DNA from: Planctomycetota bacterium
Lineage (GTDB): Bacteria; Planctomycetota; SZUA-567
Assembly: GCA_031555915.1 (NCBI GenBank)
Contig: JAVBTZ010000058.1
Location: 1-50,035 of the forward strand
Direction of reading: 5' to 3'
DNA length: 50,035 nt
Shown: piece by piece, positions 1 to 8,449 of the stretch
Layout of the letters: each line of letters starts with the position of its first letter
Position numbering within the stretch: position 1 is the stretch's first letter
The notes under the pieces: model-generated
What the model saw: only the letters and a program-made list of their open reading frames with translations
Database searches by the model: none
What the model was told of the DNA's origin: nothing
Position numbers and translations under genes: made by a program

Positions 1-1227
1 GGCGTTGTCGGCGTTTTGCCGGGTCATGGAGGCCATTTCTTCCAGGGCGGAGGACGTTTCCTCCAGGCTGGCCGCCTGGGCGGTGGAGCCGTCGGCCAGG
101 CTTTGGGAAGAGGAGGAGATTTGCGAGGCGGCCTGGTTGACTTGGGCGGAACTGTCCTCGAGGTGGGCGATGATGCCGTTCAGGCGGCGGATGATACGGG
201 AGATGATATAATAGGCAAGTATGACAGACACGACGATGCCGATGGCGCTGACGGCGATCATCAGTCGGTCCATCCAGGCGCCGAGGGCTTGTCCGTGGTG
301 GATGGCTTGGTTCATGTCCTGCATGGCTTGGTTGACAATGCCGGTGGTGAATTCGTCCAGGCGGTTGCGGGCGACGCGGCCGTCGCCGTCCAGGAGTTGG
401 GTGGCCTTGACGTTGGAGTTCAGCCGGCCGAGTTCCATGATGCGGTTGTAGCCGGGGAGGCCGGTGTCGCGGTAGCGGCGCAATAAATCCGCCGCCATCG
501 CGCCGCCGGTGGGGGCGGGCACGTTTTTCTGGATTTCTTCCAGGTCCCGGTTGATGCCGGAGGTCAGGTCGGCGAGTTGTTTTTCATAGGAGTCGGATTT
601 GGCCTGGTTGGTTTCGGGGATGAACTTGGCGATAATCAGCCGGTAATGCATCAGATTGACGCGGATGATGCGGCTTAGGGGGGTGTACAGGCTCCAGATG
701 GGCTGGTCGTTGTTTTTGGTGATGAATTGGGCCATGGTTTCGAGGTCCTGGTCCATTTTATCCCAGAATTCGATCATGCCTTCGTTCATGAGGTAGGCTT
801 TTTGGTTGGCGTTTTCGTAGGACAGTTCGCCGATGCGTTTGGTGATGGCGGCGTAATCGCCCCAGTATTTTCGCAGGGTTTCGAGGTTCGTGGTTTGCGT
901 TTGGGTTCGTGGGGGGGGCAGGTCTTCTTCGTAAAGTTTGATCTCCCGTTCCATGTCCGCATCGCTTTTACGCATATCGGTATCGATGAGTTTACGCATT
1001 TCGGGTTCGTCTACGGAGGAGATGATGGTGGTGGTCAGGGCCCGGCGCAGCAGAACGAGCTTGTCCATGGTCTGCAAATCGGCGGCGGACCGCGACAGAT
1101 GTCCCAGGTAATCCATGGAGTGGTTCAATGACGAAATGCCGTATAGTGCGATCCCGACTATTATCAAGGTGATCAGCACCATCAATACCACGACCGCGTA
1201 GATCTTATTTGCCATAGAGAGTCGCAT
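1..1227 (-). CDS. Methyl-accepting chemotaxis protein, N-terminal ~409 codons (3' end runs off the window)
   Basis: Absent from the ORF track because no stop lies inside the window. Reverse translation from ATG at 1227 (in-frame alternative 1215) gives MRLSMANKIYAVVVLMVLITLIIVGIALYG (TM1), then a helical sensor region and a second TM (LMIAVSAIGIVVSVILAYYII). A HAMP-like segment follows, then the start of the MCP signalling domain LADGSTAQAASLEETSSALEEMASMTRQNADNA at the window edge. Confidence 0.85.
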   Translation of the reverse strand, partial: MRLSMANKIYAVVVLMVLITLIIVGIALYGISSLNHSMDYLGHLSRSAADLQTMDKLVLLRRALTTTIISSVDEPEMRKLIDTDMRKSDADMEREIKLYEEDLPPPRTQTQTTNLETLRKYWGDYAAITKRIGELSYENANQKAYLMNEGMIEFWDKMDQDLETMAQFITKNNDQPIWSLYTPLSRIIRVNLMHYRLIIAKFIPETNQAKSDSYEKQLADLTSGINRDLEEIQKNVPAPTGGAMAADLLRRYRDTGLPGYNRIMELGRLNSNVKATQLLDGDGRVARNRLDEFTTGIVNQAMQDMNQAIHHGQALGAWMDRLMIAVSAIGIVVSVILAYYIISRIIRRLNGIIAHLEDSSAQVNQAASQISSSSQSLADGSTAQAASLEETSSALEEMASMTRQNADNA

Positions 1228-1277
1228 GGATTGGTCCTTTTCCAGAAGGGAAAATATGAGGAAAGCCGCGGGTTGAT

Positions 1278-1306
1278 TTATCGACGAAACATGCTTCTGT
1301 ATTTTA
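1278..1306 (-). promoter_or_regulatory. Weak sigma-28 (FliA)-like promoter candidate upstream of the MCP gene
   Basis: Minus strand reads TAAA-N17-GTCGATAA, against the remembered consensus TAAA-N15-GCCGATAA. The -10 has one mismatch and the spacer is 2 nt too long. It lies about 50 nt upstream of the MCP ATG. Confidence 0.2.
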
Positions 1307-1370
1307 CAATATGGTCGAGTTAAATTGAAGAAAAAACGCCATATTTATTTTAACGGCCGATTGTGATGAG

Positions 1371-1406
1371 GGGCGCCTCAAAAAATAGCTATTTTTAGAG
1401 GCGCCC
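1371..1406. repeat. 36-nt near-perfect palindrome, a minimal form of the MITE-like repeat family B (two terminal inverted repeats abutting)
   Basis: gggcgcctcaaaaaatagctatttttagaggcgccc. The arms match the termini of the 149-bp elements at 28856-29004 and 33510-33658 (gggcacctctaaaaatagctattt). It lies between the rsmG stop and the MCP start. Confidence 0.8.
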
Positions 1407-1440
1407 TGAGATTGGACGGTAAGGACGGGGACCCAAAGAT

Positions 1441-2310
1441 TTAGCGGGACAGCGGGCATTTGACGAAAATTACCAGGCGCCGTGGCTGGTCCGATTCGGG
1501 CAGATCGTATTTGTGATCCAGTTCCAAGCGGTAAATTCCGGCGAATTGGGTCAGGGCGGCGGCGATTTCCTCGTCGCAAGCCGGCCCTTTCAGGAAAGCC
1601 GCCCGCCGGCCCGGCAGGATGAACGGCAGCACCCGTTCGAGGGTCGGGGACATGCTTTCCAGGGCGCGGGTGACGACGTCGCCGATTGGCACGCCGTAAT
1701 CTTCGCCGAGCGGCGAGTCTTCGCGGACCGATTTGGGAAAAACACGGACATTGGCGAGGCCGAGGGTTTTTATGGTGTCTTCCAGGAATTTTACCCGTTT
1801 TCCCCGGCTTTCGGCGAGAATGAACTTGAGGTCGGGGCGCATAATCGCCAGGGGGAGGCCGGGGAAGCCGGGCCCGGAGCCGATGTCCAGGACCGGTCCC
1901 GTGGGGTCGAACCAGCGGAGGATGACGGCGGAGTCGATGAAATGCTTGAGAACGGTGGCTTCGATCCCCATAATGCGCGTAAGGTCCAGGCTGGCGTTAT
2001 GGGTGCGGAGGAGGTCGTAATAGAGCCAGAAGCGGCGGAGTTGCCTGGCGTCGACGGGGAAGGCATGTTGGTTGAAGAGCCGTTGCAGGTATTCGGGGGT
2101 GGCGGGTTCGTTTTCGTAGAAGGCGTAGTCGTAGGGTCTGTCGCCACCGGCGAAGCCATGGCGGCGGTTGGGGGTGATGCGGGGGGCTTTGGCCTCGCCC
2201 GGGCGCGGGGGGCGCGGCTTGGGGTGTTTGGGGCCGGTTTTTTTGCGGCTTGCCGGCAGGGGGTTGCCGCGGGCGGCGCCGCTGGAGCGGTGCGGTTTTT
2301 TGGGGGGCAT
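1441..2310 (-). CDS. rsmG: 16S rRNA (guanine527-N7)-methyltransferase RsmG with a basic Pro/Arg/Lys-rich N-terminal extension
   Basis: The C-terminal 215 aa are a typical GidB/RsmG: LDLTRI..ATVLKHFIDSAVI, SAM motif VLDIGSGPGFPGLPLAI, FILAESRGKRVKFL. ATG at 2310 is the first in-frame ATG that does not overlap the divergent gene. The 589-aa track ORF (to 3210) is a high-GC read-through artefact. Confidence 0.85.
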   Translation of the reverse strand: MPPKKPHRSSGAARGNPLPASRKKTGPKHPKPRPPRPGEAKAPRITPNRRHGFAGGDRPYDYAFYENEPATPEYLQRLFNQHAFPVDARQLRRFWLYYDLLRTHNASLDLTRIMGIEATVLKHFIDSAVILRWFDPTGPVLDIGSGPGFPGLPLAIMRPDLKFILAESRGKRVKFLEDTIKTLGLANVRVFPKSVREDSPLGEDYGVPIGDVVTRALESMSPTLERVLPFILPGRRAAFLKGPACDEEIAAALTQFAGIYRLELDHKYDLPESDQPRRLVIFVKCPLSR

Positions 2311-2330
2311 GGGGGGTTTTTTCCTGAAAA

Positions 2331-3101
2331 GTGAAGAGGACATTCTCAGTGCAGGAACATAACGTAAACGCCGCCGCTTTGCAAGTACTACACCAGGATA
2401 ATCATCTCTTGGCGGTGAACAAGCCGGGCGGCGTGCCGAGTCAGCCGGACGCGTCGGGCGACAGGCCGTTGGATGCAATGGTGCGCGAATGGCTGCGGGT
2501 CGCCTTCGCCAAGCGGGGCAAGGTTTATTTGGCGCTCTTGCATCGGTTGGACCGTCCGACCAGCGGGGTGGTGCTTTTGTCCAGAACCGAGAAGGCGGCG
2601 GGCCGGATGGCGGAGTTGTTTCGGCGGCGGGAGATTGCCAAGACTTATCTGGCGGTGGTGGAAACGGCGGCCGGACTGGCCAGGGAGGGGGAGCTGGTGA
2701 ATTATCTGGAGCCGGCGGGTAATGGCGGGATGCGGCTGGTCGAAAGGAAAACCGCGGCGGCGCGGGAGGCGCGGTTGGGTTACCGGGTTTTGGCGGAGTC
2801 GCCGGCGGCCGGCCGGGCGTTATTGGAGGTGGATTTGCAGACGGGGGTGAAGCACCAGATTCGTTGCCAGTTGGCTGGGGCGGGTTGGCCGGTGGTGGGG
2901 GATTTCCGTTACGGGGCGTTTGGGGGCCTGGCCCGGCCGGAGGCGGTGTTTGGGGGGCGGGCGATACTTCTGCATGCGTGGCGGGTGGGTTTTGTGCATC
3001 CGGTGCGAAGGGAGGCGTTGTCCATAACCGCGCCGTTGCCGGGTTATTGGCGGGAGGGTATGAGGGATTTTCCTGAAGTCGAGGAAGCCTCGTCCCGATG
3101 A
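2331..3101 (+). CDS. RluA-family pseudouridine synthase (no S4 domain)
   Basis: LLAVNKPGGVPSQ, catalytic-Asp motif HRLDRPTSGVVLL, KTYLAVV, LLHAWRV. GTG start at 2331, so the exact start is uncertain. Confidence 0.85.
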   Translation: MKRTFSVQEHNVNAAALQVLHQDNHLLAVNKPGGVPSQPDASGDRPLDAMVREWLRVAFAKRGKVYLALLHRLDRPTSGVVLLSRTEKAAGRMAELFRRREIAKTYLAVVETAAGLAREGELVNYLEPAGNGGMRLVERKTAAAREARLGYRVLAESPAAGRALLEVDLQTGVKHQIRCQLAGAGWPVVGDFRYGAFGGLARPEAVFGGRAILLHAWRVGFVHPVRREALSITAPLPGYWREGMRDFPEVEEASSR

Positions 3102-3934
3102 CCGCCCTGAAAACCCAAGCCATCATCCTTAGAAACCGCCGCTTTTCCGAAAGCAGCCTGATCGTGACCCTCCTGTCGCGTGAATACGGCCGCCTGGACG
3201 TCCTGGCCAAAGGCTGCCGCCGCGAAAAAAGCCCGATGTTCGGACATTTGGACCTCTATCAGAAGGAGGACGTCCTGGTCCTGAAGCGCTCGGCGGCGGG
3301 GCTGGATCTGCTGATCGAGGCCGCCTTCGCCGACGAACATGTCGGCCTCCGCTTTTTGCCGTCGGCGTTTGCGGCGGCGGGTTTTTTGGCGGATTTGCTG
3401 GCGGAGGCGGTTCTCCCCGGCGAAAATCAGAGCGAACTTTTCGCCACCCTGTCCGGGGCTCTCGGCATTCTTTCCGGTCTTGGGGATCCGGCGGCCCATG
3501 CCCGGCTGGCGGCGGCGTCGCCTTTTTCGCCGCGGGAGAAAAACATACTGGTCGGACGCACCCTCAAATTGACGATTATGGACGTATTGCGCTGGCTCGG
3601 GTTTGGTTTGGAGGTGAAGCGTTGCGTAATCTGCGGCGCGAGACCGGAGGCGGAGGCAGGGAAACATGACGGCGGTTGGGCCTTGGGGGGACGCCAGGGC
3701 GGTTTACTGTGCTTCCACTGCCGGGGCCGAGTCAGGGGCGGGATGGCGATCAGCGCGGCGGGGCTGGCGTCCCTGATGGAGCGGGGGGCGGGGCGGGAGA
3801 GCGGGGAATTGGCGCTTCAGTCGGGGGAGCGGCAACGGCTGCTCCGCTTTTTGATCGATTACTGCCAGCAGGTTTTGGAGCGTAAACTTAGGGCGGGGCC
3901 GGTGTTATTGCAAATGTTGGACTTTTACGGCTAG
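3098..3934 (+). CDS. recO: DNA repair protein RecO
   Basis: OB-fold N-terminus MTALKTQAIILRNRRFSESSLIVTLLSREYGRLDVLAKG. C-terminal Cys pairs CVICG...CFHC. ATGA start/stop overlap with the upstream gene. Confidence 0.85.
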   Translation: MTALKTQAIILRNRRFSESSLIVTLLSREYGRLDVLAKGCRREKSPMFGHLDLYQKEDVLVLKRSAAGLDLLIEAAFADEHVGLRFLPSAFAAAGFLADLLAEAVLPGENQSELFATLSGALGILSGLGDPAAHARLAAASPFSPREKNILVGRTLKLTIMDVLRWLGFGLEVKRCVICGARPEAEAGKHDGGWALGGRQGGLLCFHCRGRVRGGMAISAAGLASLMERGAGRESGELALQSGERQRLLRFLIDYCQQVLERKLRAGPVLLQMLDFYG

Positions 3935-3981
3935 AGATGGGGTTTTGTTTCAATGAATCCGGCTCTCGGCGGGAAAGCCGC

Positions 3982-4009
3982 TTGTGCCGGGGAGAAGTAT
4001 TGTTATAAT
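3982..4009 (+). promoter_or_regulatory. Sigma-70-type promoter candidate for accBC
   Basis: TTGTGC-N16-TATAAT, with TGT immediately 5' of the -10 (tgttataat, extended -10 like). About 140 nt upstream of the accB ATG. Confidence 0.4.
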
Positions 4010-4150
4010 GCGAAATACGTATGTAACGGCAGGTGTTTTATATTTTGGGATAACGGACTGCCATATCGTCGATTATTTGGGAATATCGGGCGGCGGCCGG
4101 CTTGATTTTTTCGGATAACCAACCCAGCCACTTTTAAATCGGATTTGCCT

Positions 4151-4654
4151 ATGAGTGATACTCTGGAAAAAATTGGCGCTCTCCTCACCATGATGAAGGA
4201 GAACGACATAGTCGAATTGGAATTGCAGGAAGGGGAATTCTCGGTGGCGCTCAGGAAACAAGGCGCCTTCCCCCTTCCTCCCGCGCACCCGATGTCAGGG
4301 ATGCCAGGGATGATGGCCATGCCGGGCATGCCGGGGATGGGCGGAATGTTGCCGCCGGCGCCGGCGCCGGCCCCGGCCCCCCAACCGGCGGCCCCCAAGC
4401 CGGACGACCCTTCGCTCATCCCGGTGAAGAGCCCCATCGTCGGCACCTTCTACCGCTCGCCGTCGCCGGAAAGCGCCCCGTTCGTGCAGGAAGGGGACGC
4501 GGTCAGGAAAGACTCGGTGGTGTGCATCATCGAGGCGATGAAAATCATGAACGAAATCCGCGCCGAAGTCGACGGCCGGATCGAAAAAGTTTTGGTGGAA
4601 AGCGGCGAACCGGTCGAATACGGTCAACCGCTGTTTTTGTTGCGTAAGGGTTAG
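4151..4654 (+). CDS. accB: Acetyl-CoA carboxylase biotin carboxyl carrier protein
   Basis: C-terminal biotinyl domain with EAMKIMNEI (biotinyl-Lys). Unusual Met/Gly/Pro then Ala/Pro linker. ATG 4151 is preferred over TTG 4145 from the track. Confidence 0.95.
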   Translation: MSDTLEKIGALLTMMKENDIVELELQEGEFSVALRKQGAFPLPPAHPMSGMPGMMAMPGMPGMGGMLPPAPAPAPAPQPAAPKPDDPSLIPVKSPIVGTFYRSPSPESAPFVQEGDAVRKDSVVCIIEAMKIMNEIRAEVDGRIEKVLVESGEPVEYGQPLFLLRKG

Positions 4655-4662
4655 GGCAGACT

Positions 4663-6000
4663 ATGTTCAAACGCGTTCTTATCGCCAATCGCGGCGAAAT
4701 AGCCTGCCGCATCATCCGCGCCTGCCGGAAATTGGGGATTGAATCGGTGGCCGTCTTCTCCGAGGCGGACCGCGACTCCCTGCACGTCCGCATGGCCAAC
4801 GTCTCCATTTGCATCGGCCCGCCGGAGTCGGGTCGGTCCTATTTGCACATCCCGTCCATTATCTCGGCGGCGGAAATCTCCAACGTCGACGCCATTCATC
4901 CCGGTTACGGTTTTCTCTCGGAAAACGGCCATTTCGCCGACATCTGCCGCAGTTTGGACATCGCTTTTGTGGGGCCGTCCTCCAAGGCGATGGGGAGAAT
5001 GTCCGACAAGGCGGGCGCCCGCGAATTGGCAAAATCCTGCAGCGTGCCGGTCCTGCCCGGTTCGGAAGGGATTCTCGCCGACGACGAGGCGGGGCTCAAG
5101 GTCGCCCGGCAAATTGGTTATCCCGTCATCGTCAAGGCCTCGGCCGGCGGCGGCGGCCGGGGGATTCGCGTGGCGCATAACGAGGCGGCCTTGCGGATCG
5201 CCATGTCCCAAGCCCGGGCCGAGGCCGAAGCGGCCTTCGGCGACGGCAGCCTGTACATCGAAAAATTCCTCACCCAGCCGCGGCACGTCGAGGTGCAGGT
5301 CCTGTGCGACGAACACGGCAACTGCATTCAACTGGGCGAACGCGACTGCACGACGCAACGCCGGCACCAGAAGTTGATCGAGGAATCGCCATCGCCCGCG
5401 ATTGACAAGTCGATTCGCCGCGCCATGGGCGACGCCGCGGTGAAGCTCTGCAAGGCGGCGGAGTACACCAACGCCGGCACCATCGAATTCCTGCTGGAGA
5501 AGGGCCAGTTCTATTTCATGGAAATGAACACCAGGATTCAGGTGGAGCACCCGGTGACGGAGATGGTCACGGGTCTGGATTTAATCGAGGAACAACTCCG
5601 CATCGCCGCGGGTGAACCTCTCCGCTGGCGGCAGAAGGACATCCGCCACACCGGCCACGCCATGGAATTCCGCATCAATGCCGAGGATCCGGATCACAAG
5701 TTCGCGCCCCGCCCGGGCCAGGTCACCCTGTTCGTGCACCCGGAGGACCCGGGCGTCCGCACCGATTCGTTCATTTATTCCGGCTACCGGGTGAAACCGT
5801 ACTACGATTCGATGATTGCCAAGTTGATTGTCCACGCCGAGACGCGGCCGCAGTGCATCGAAAAGGCCAAGATGGCGTTAAGGGAATTCATTTTGGAGGG
5901 GATTCCCACCACGATTCCCTTCCATCTGGCCATGCTGGAAAACATCGCTTTCGTCAATGCCGATTTCGACATCAATTTTGTCGACAAGCTTTATTCCTGA
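4663..6000 (+). CDS. accC: Acetyl-CoA carboxylase biotin carboxylase subunit
   Basis: MFKRVLIANRGEIACRIIRA, HPGYGFLSEN, glycine loop ASAGGGGRGIRV, EMNTRIQVEHPVTE. 445 aa, directly after accB. Confidence 0.97.
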   Translation: MFKRVLIANRGEIACRIIRACRKLGIESVAVFSEADRDSLHVRMANVSICIGPPESGRSYLHIPSIISAAEISNVDAIHPGYGFLSENGHFADICRSLDIAFVGPSSKAMGRMSDKAGARELAKSCSVPVLPGSEGILADDEAGLKVARQIGYPVIVKASAGGGGRGIRVAHNEAALRIAMSQARAEAEAAFGDGSLYIEKFLTQPRHVEVQVLCDEHGNCIQLGERDCTTQRRHQKLIEESPSPAIDKSIRRAMGDAAVKLCKAAEYTNAGTIEFLLEKGQFYFMEMNTRIQVEHPVTEMVTGLDLIEEQLRIAAGEPLRWRQKDIRHTGHAMEFRINAEDPDHKFAPRPGQVTLFVHPEDPGVRTDSFIYSGYRVKPYYDSMIAKLIVHAETRPQCIEKAKMALREFILEGIPTTIPFHLAMLENIAFVNADFDINFVDKLYS

Positions 6001-6016
6001 ACGCGGAGAGGAAACC

Positions 6017-6643
6017 ATGCGTAAAGTTGTCGATTTCGCCAATGTCACCGTCACCGTCCTCGCCGGCGCCTACCTGGTTCTCCTGACCTTTTTCGCCACT
6101 GACGCTCTGCAGCAGGTGCCGGAGGGTTTGGTGGAGGCGTGGGGGCCGCGGCTGTTGTTTTTCCTGATTGGCGTTTTCCTGGTCGGGATCAACATCCACC
6201 TGTTGGTGCGGGAGTGGAAGACCGGCGGGCTCAGGTCGAATTTGCGGATTACCACGGAACAGGGCATAGCCGAGTTTTCCGTTCCCTCGCTGGAGATGAT
6301 GATTCTCCGCGACCTCAAGGCCGAGCCGGACATCCTCGACCCGGTGGTGACCCTGAAGCCGCGCGGGGAAGGGAAGCCTATGCTGTGCGAGGTGGAATTG
6401 AAGCTGCGCCGACAGGAGGATGTCCTGAAGCGCATCGACAGCATCAAGCGGAAAGTCCGCGACATCGTCGACCGGTTGATACCTGGGGGCCTGACGGTGG
6501 AGGTTTTGGTCCAGGTGCGGGATTTCATTAATGAGCAGGCGGTGGCGGCGGCGAAGCGTTCCAGCCGGGGCGAGAAAACGCCGGAGCCCGCGGAGTTCAA
6601 CGGCCCCGTATATACTGATGGGGGCGGGTCGGAAGGGGTGTGA
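6017..6643 (+). CDS. AmaP/Asp23-like membrane protein (putative)
   Basis: ATG at 6017 preceded by GGAGAGG. Two N-terminal hydrophobic helices. A C-terminal segment shows the Asp23-like pattern (...KRIDSIKRKVRDIVDRLIPGGLTVEVLVQVRDF). Position after accBC mirrors the Firmicute accB-accC-yqhY (Asp23 family) arrangement. Confidence 0.45.
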   Translation: MRKVVDFANVTVTVLAGAYLVLLTFFATDALQQVPEGLVEAWGPRLLFFLIGVFLVGINIHLLVREWKTGGLRSNLRITTEQGIAEFSVPSLEMMILRDLKAEPDILDPVVTLKPRGEGKPMLCEVELKLRRQEDVLKRIDSIKRKVRDIVDRLIPGGLTVEVLVQVRDFINEQAVAAAKRSSRGEKTPEPAEFNGPVYTDGGGSEGV

Positions 6644-6708
6644 AGCGAAGGCGCGGTGAAGAGCCCTTACACCGGAGGAATTCGGCCGCATGAATTGCGA
6701 AATTTGAC

Positions 6709-7785
6709 TTGTCCCAAGACGATCTCCTATCCTCATATCAATTCACTCTCCCTCCCGAACGGATTGCCGCCACGCCGGCGGCCCGCCGCGATGCCTCCCG
6801 GCTGATGCTGTTGGGCCGCGAAGGAGGAGTGGGGGAAACGACCTTCCAGCATCTCCCGGACCATTTGCGGCCGGGAGATCTGCTTGTCCGGAACAATGTC
6901 CGGGTCATTCCGGCCCGGCTGGTGGGGACGCGGTCCGGCGGCGGCGCGGCGGAGGCGTTATTGGTGCGGCGGGACGACGCGGCGGGGTTGGCAGGCGGGG
7001 GTGAACGCTGGCTTTGCCTGGCGCGTCCGGCGAACCGGTTCAAGGAAGGCCGGCAAATTTTTTTTGGCGTCAACGGCGAACTGGCCGCCACGGTGCGTGA
7101 ACGCGGACCCGAAGGGATGGTCTGGCTGGAATTTCCTTTGGCGGGGAGCGCTTTCATGGCTGCGTTGGAGCGGCATGGACAGATCCCACTGCCCCCCTAT
7201 ATCAATAGGCCGGGGAAGATTCCCACCCCCGAGGACGCCATCCGTTACCAGACCCATTATGCCGCGAATCCCGGCGCGGTGGCCGCGCCCACGGCGGGCC
7301 TCCATTTCACCCCCGAGTTGGACCGCAGGCTGGAGGAGCGGGGGATAGGTTTGGCCGAAGTCACCCTGAACGTGGGCCCCGGGACCTTCCGGCCGATTAA
7401 GGCGGAGCGTTTGGCCGAGCACCGGATGCACGAGGAATGGTACCGGATTTCCGCGGAGACCTTGGCGCGGGTGCGGTCGGTGAAGGCTGCGGGGGGGAGG
7501 ATAATCGCGGTCGGCACGACTTCGGTGCGGACATTGGAAGCGGCGGCGGCGACGGGACAGTTGTCGGGATGGACGGATTTGTTCATACGTCCGGGTTATG
7601 ATTTCTGTTTGGTGGATGGTTTAATCACCAATTTTCATCTTCCGGGGTCTTCCCTGTTGGTGCTGGTGTCGGCGCTGGTTGGCCGGGAGCGGTTGTTGTC
7701 GGTTTATGGGCGGGCGGTGGCGGAGGGATGGCGTTTTTATTCGTATGGAGACGCCATGTTGATTTATCCCGGTATCTTTCGGTAA
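6709..7785 (+). CDS. queA: S-adenosylmethionine:tRNA ribosyltransferase-isomerase
   Basis: YQFTLPPERIA, DASRLMLL, IPLPPYI, AAPTAGLHFT, AVGTTSVRTLE, RFYSYGDAMLI. TTG start in the track. Confidence 0.95.
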   Translation: MSQDDLLSSYQFTLPPERIAATPAARRDASRLMLLGREGGVGETTFQHLPDHLRPGDLLVRNNVRVIPARLVGTRSGGGAAEALLVRRDDAAGLAGGGERWLCLARPANRFKEGRQIFFGVNGELAATVRERGPEGMVWLEFPLAGSAFMAALERHGQIPLPPYINRPGKIPTPEDAIRYQTHYAANPGAVAAPTAGLHFTPELDRRLEERGIGLAEVTLNVGPGTFRPIKAERLAEHRMHEEWYRISAETLARVRSVKAAGGRIIAVGTTSVRTLEAAAATGQLSGWTDLFIRPGYDFCLVDGLITNFHLPGSSLLVLVSALVGRERLLSVYGRAVAEGWRFYSYGDAMLIYPGIFR

Positions 7786-7794
7786 AATGGGCTT

Positions 7795-8436
7795 ATGTTT
7801 TCATCCCGTAGACTCAAATACCTGTTGCGTCGCACCTTACGCGCCCTTGGGAAAGCGACGGGGACGGCGCAGCAAATTGGCATGGGGGTGGCGATAGGTT
7901 TTTTTGTCGGTTGGCTGCCGATTATCGGCATTCAGATGGCGGTGGCGGTGGTGGTGTGTTCCATTTTCAAGGCCAACAAGCTGGTGCCGATTTTTCCGAT
8001 ATGGCTGACCAATCCGGTGACGATGGTGCCGATTTATTCTTTCAATTATTGGGTGGGATGGAAGATTGTCGGTGGGCCGCCGTTGGCGGATTTGGCGGTG
8101 ATTCTCAGAAAGATGATCACGCCTCCCGAGCCTCTTCCCGGGATGGGCAAGATGGCCCTGTGGTGGGACGGGGTGAAGCACGCGTTTCACGAACTGTTGT
8201 CGATGGGTTGGGAGATGCAGTTGCCGTTGTGGTTGGGGTGTGTGGTGGTGGGGTTGGCATTGGCGATTCCTTCCTATTACCTATCCTGCAAATTTGTCGA
8301 TTCTTTTCGCAAGGCGGTTGACCGCAAGCGGATCAACCGCGAAAAGCGGCGGCGGGCCAGGGAGATGGAGTTGTCGATGGGGGGGGGATATTCGCAGAGG
8401 AATTGGATTGACGACCCCGGTAACGGCATAAAATAA
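7795..8436 (+). CDS. DUF2062-family membrane protein
   Basis: Pattern GVAIGFFVGWLPIIGIQMAVAVVVCSIFKANKLVPIFPIWLTNPVTMVPIY is typical of DUF2062. It has 3-4 TM helices and a basic C-terminal tail. Confidence 0.6.
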   Translation: MFSSRRLKYLLRRTLRALGKATGTAQQIGMGVAIGFFVGWLPIIGIQMAVAVVVCSIFKANKLVPIFPIWLTNPVTMVPIYSFNYWVGWKIVGGPPLADLAVILRKMITPPEPLPGMGKMALWWDGVKHAFHELLSMGWEMQLPLWLGCVVVGLALAIPSYYLSCKFVDSFRKAVDRKRINREKRRRAREMELSMGGGYSQRNWIDDPGNGIK

Positions 8437-8449
8437 GGGAGACAAGGGC

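Noticed and set aside
2311-3210. Upstream 300 codons of the 589-aa minus-strand ORF that ends as rsmG
   Set aside because: A Pro/Ala/Arg-rich read-through lying antisense to the RluA-type and recO genes. The true rsmG is taken from ATG 2310.
4003-4446. 147-aa minus-strand ORF opposite accB
   Set aside because: It is antisense to the BCCP gene. Its Gly/Ala/Pro-rich stretch mirrors the BCCP linker.
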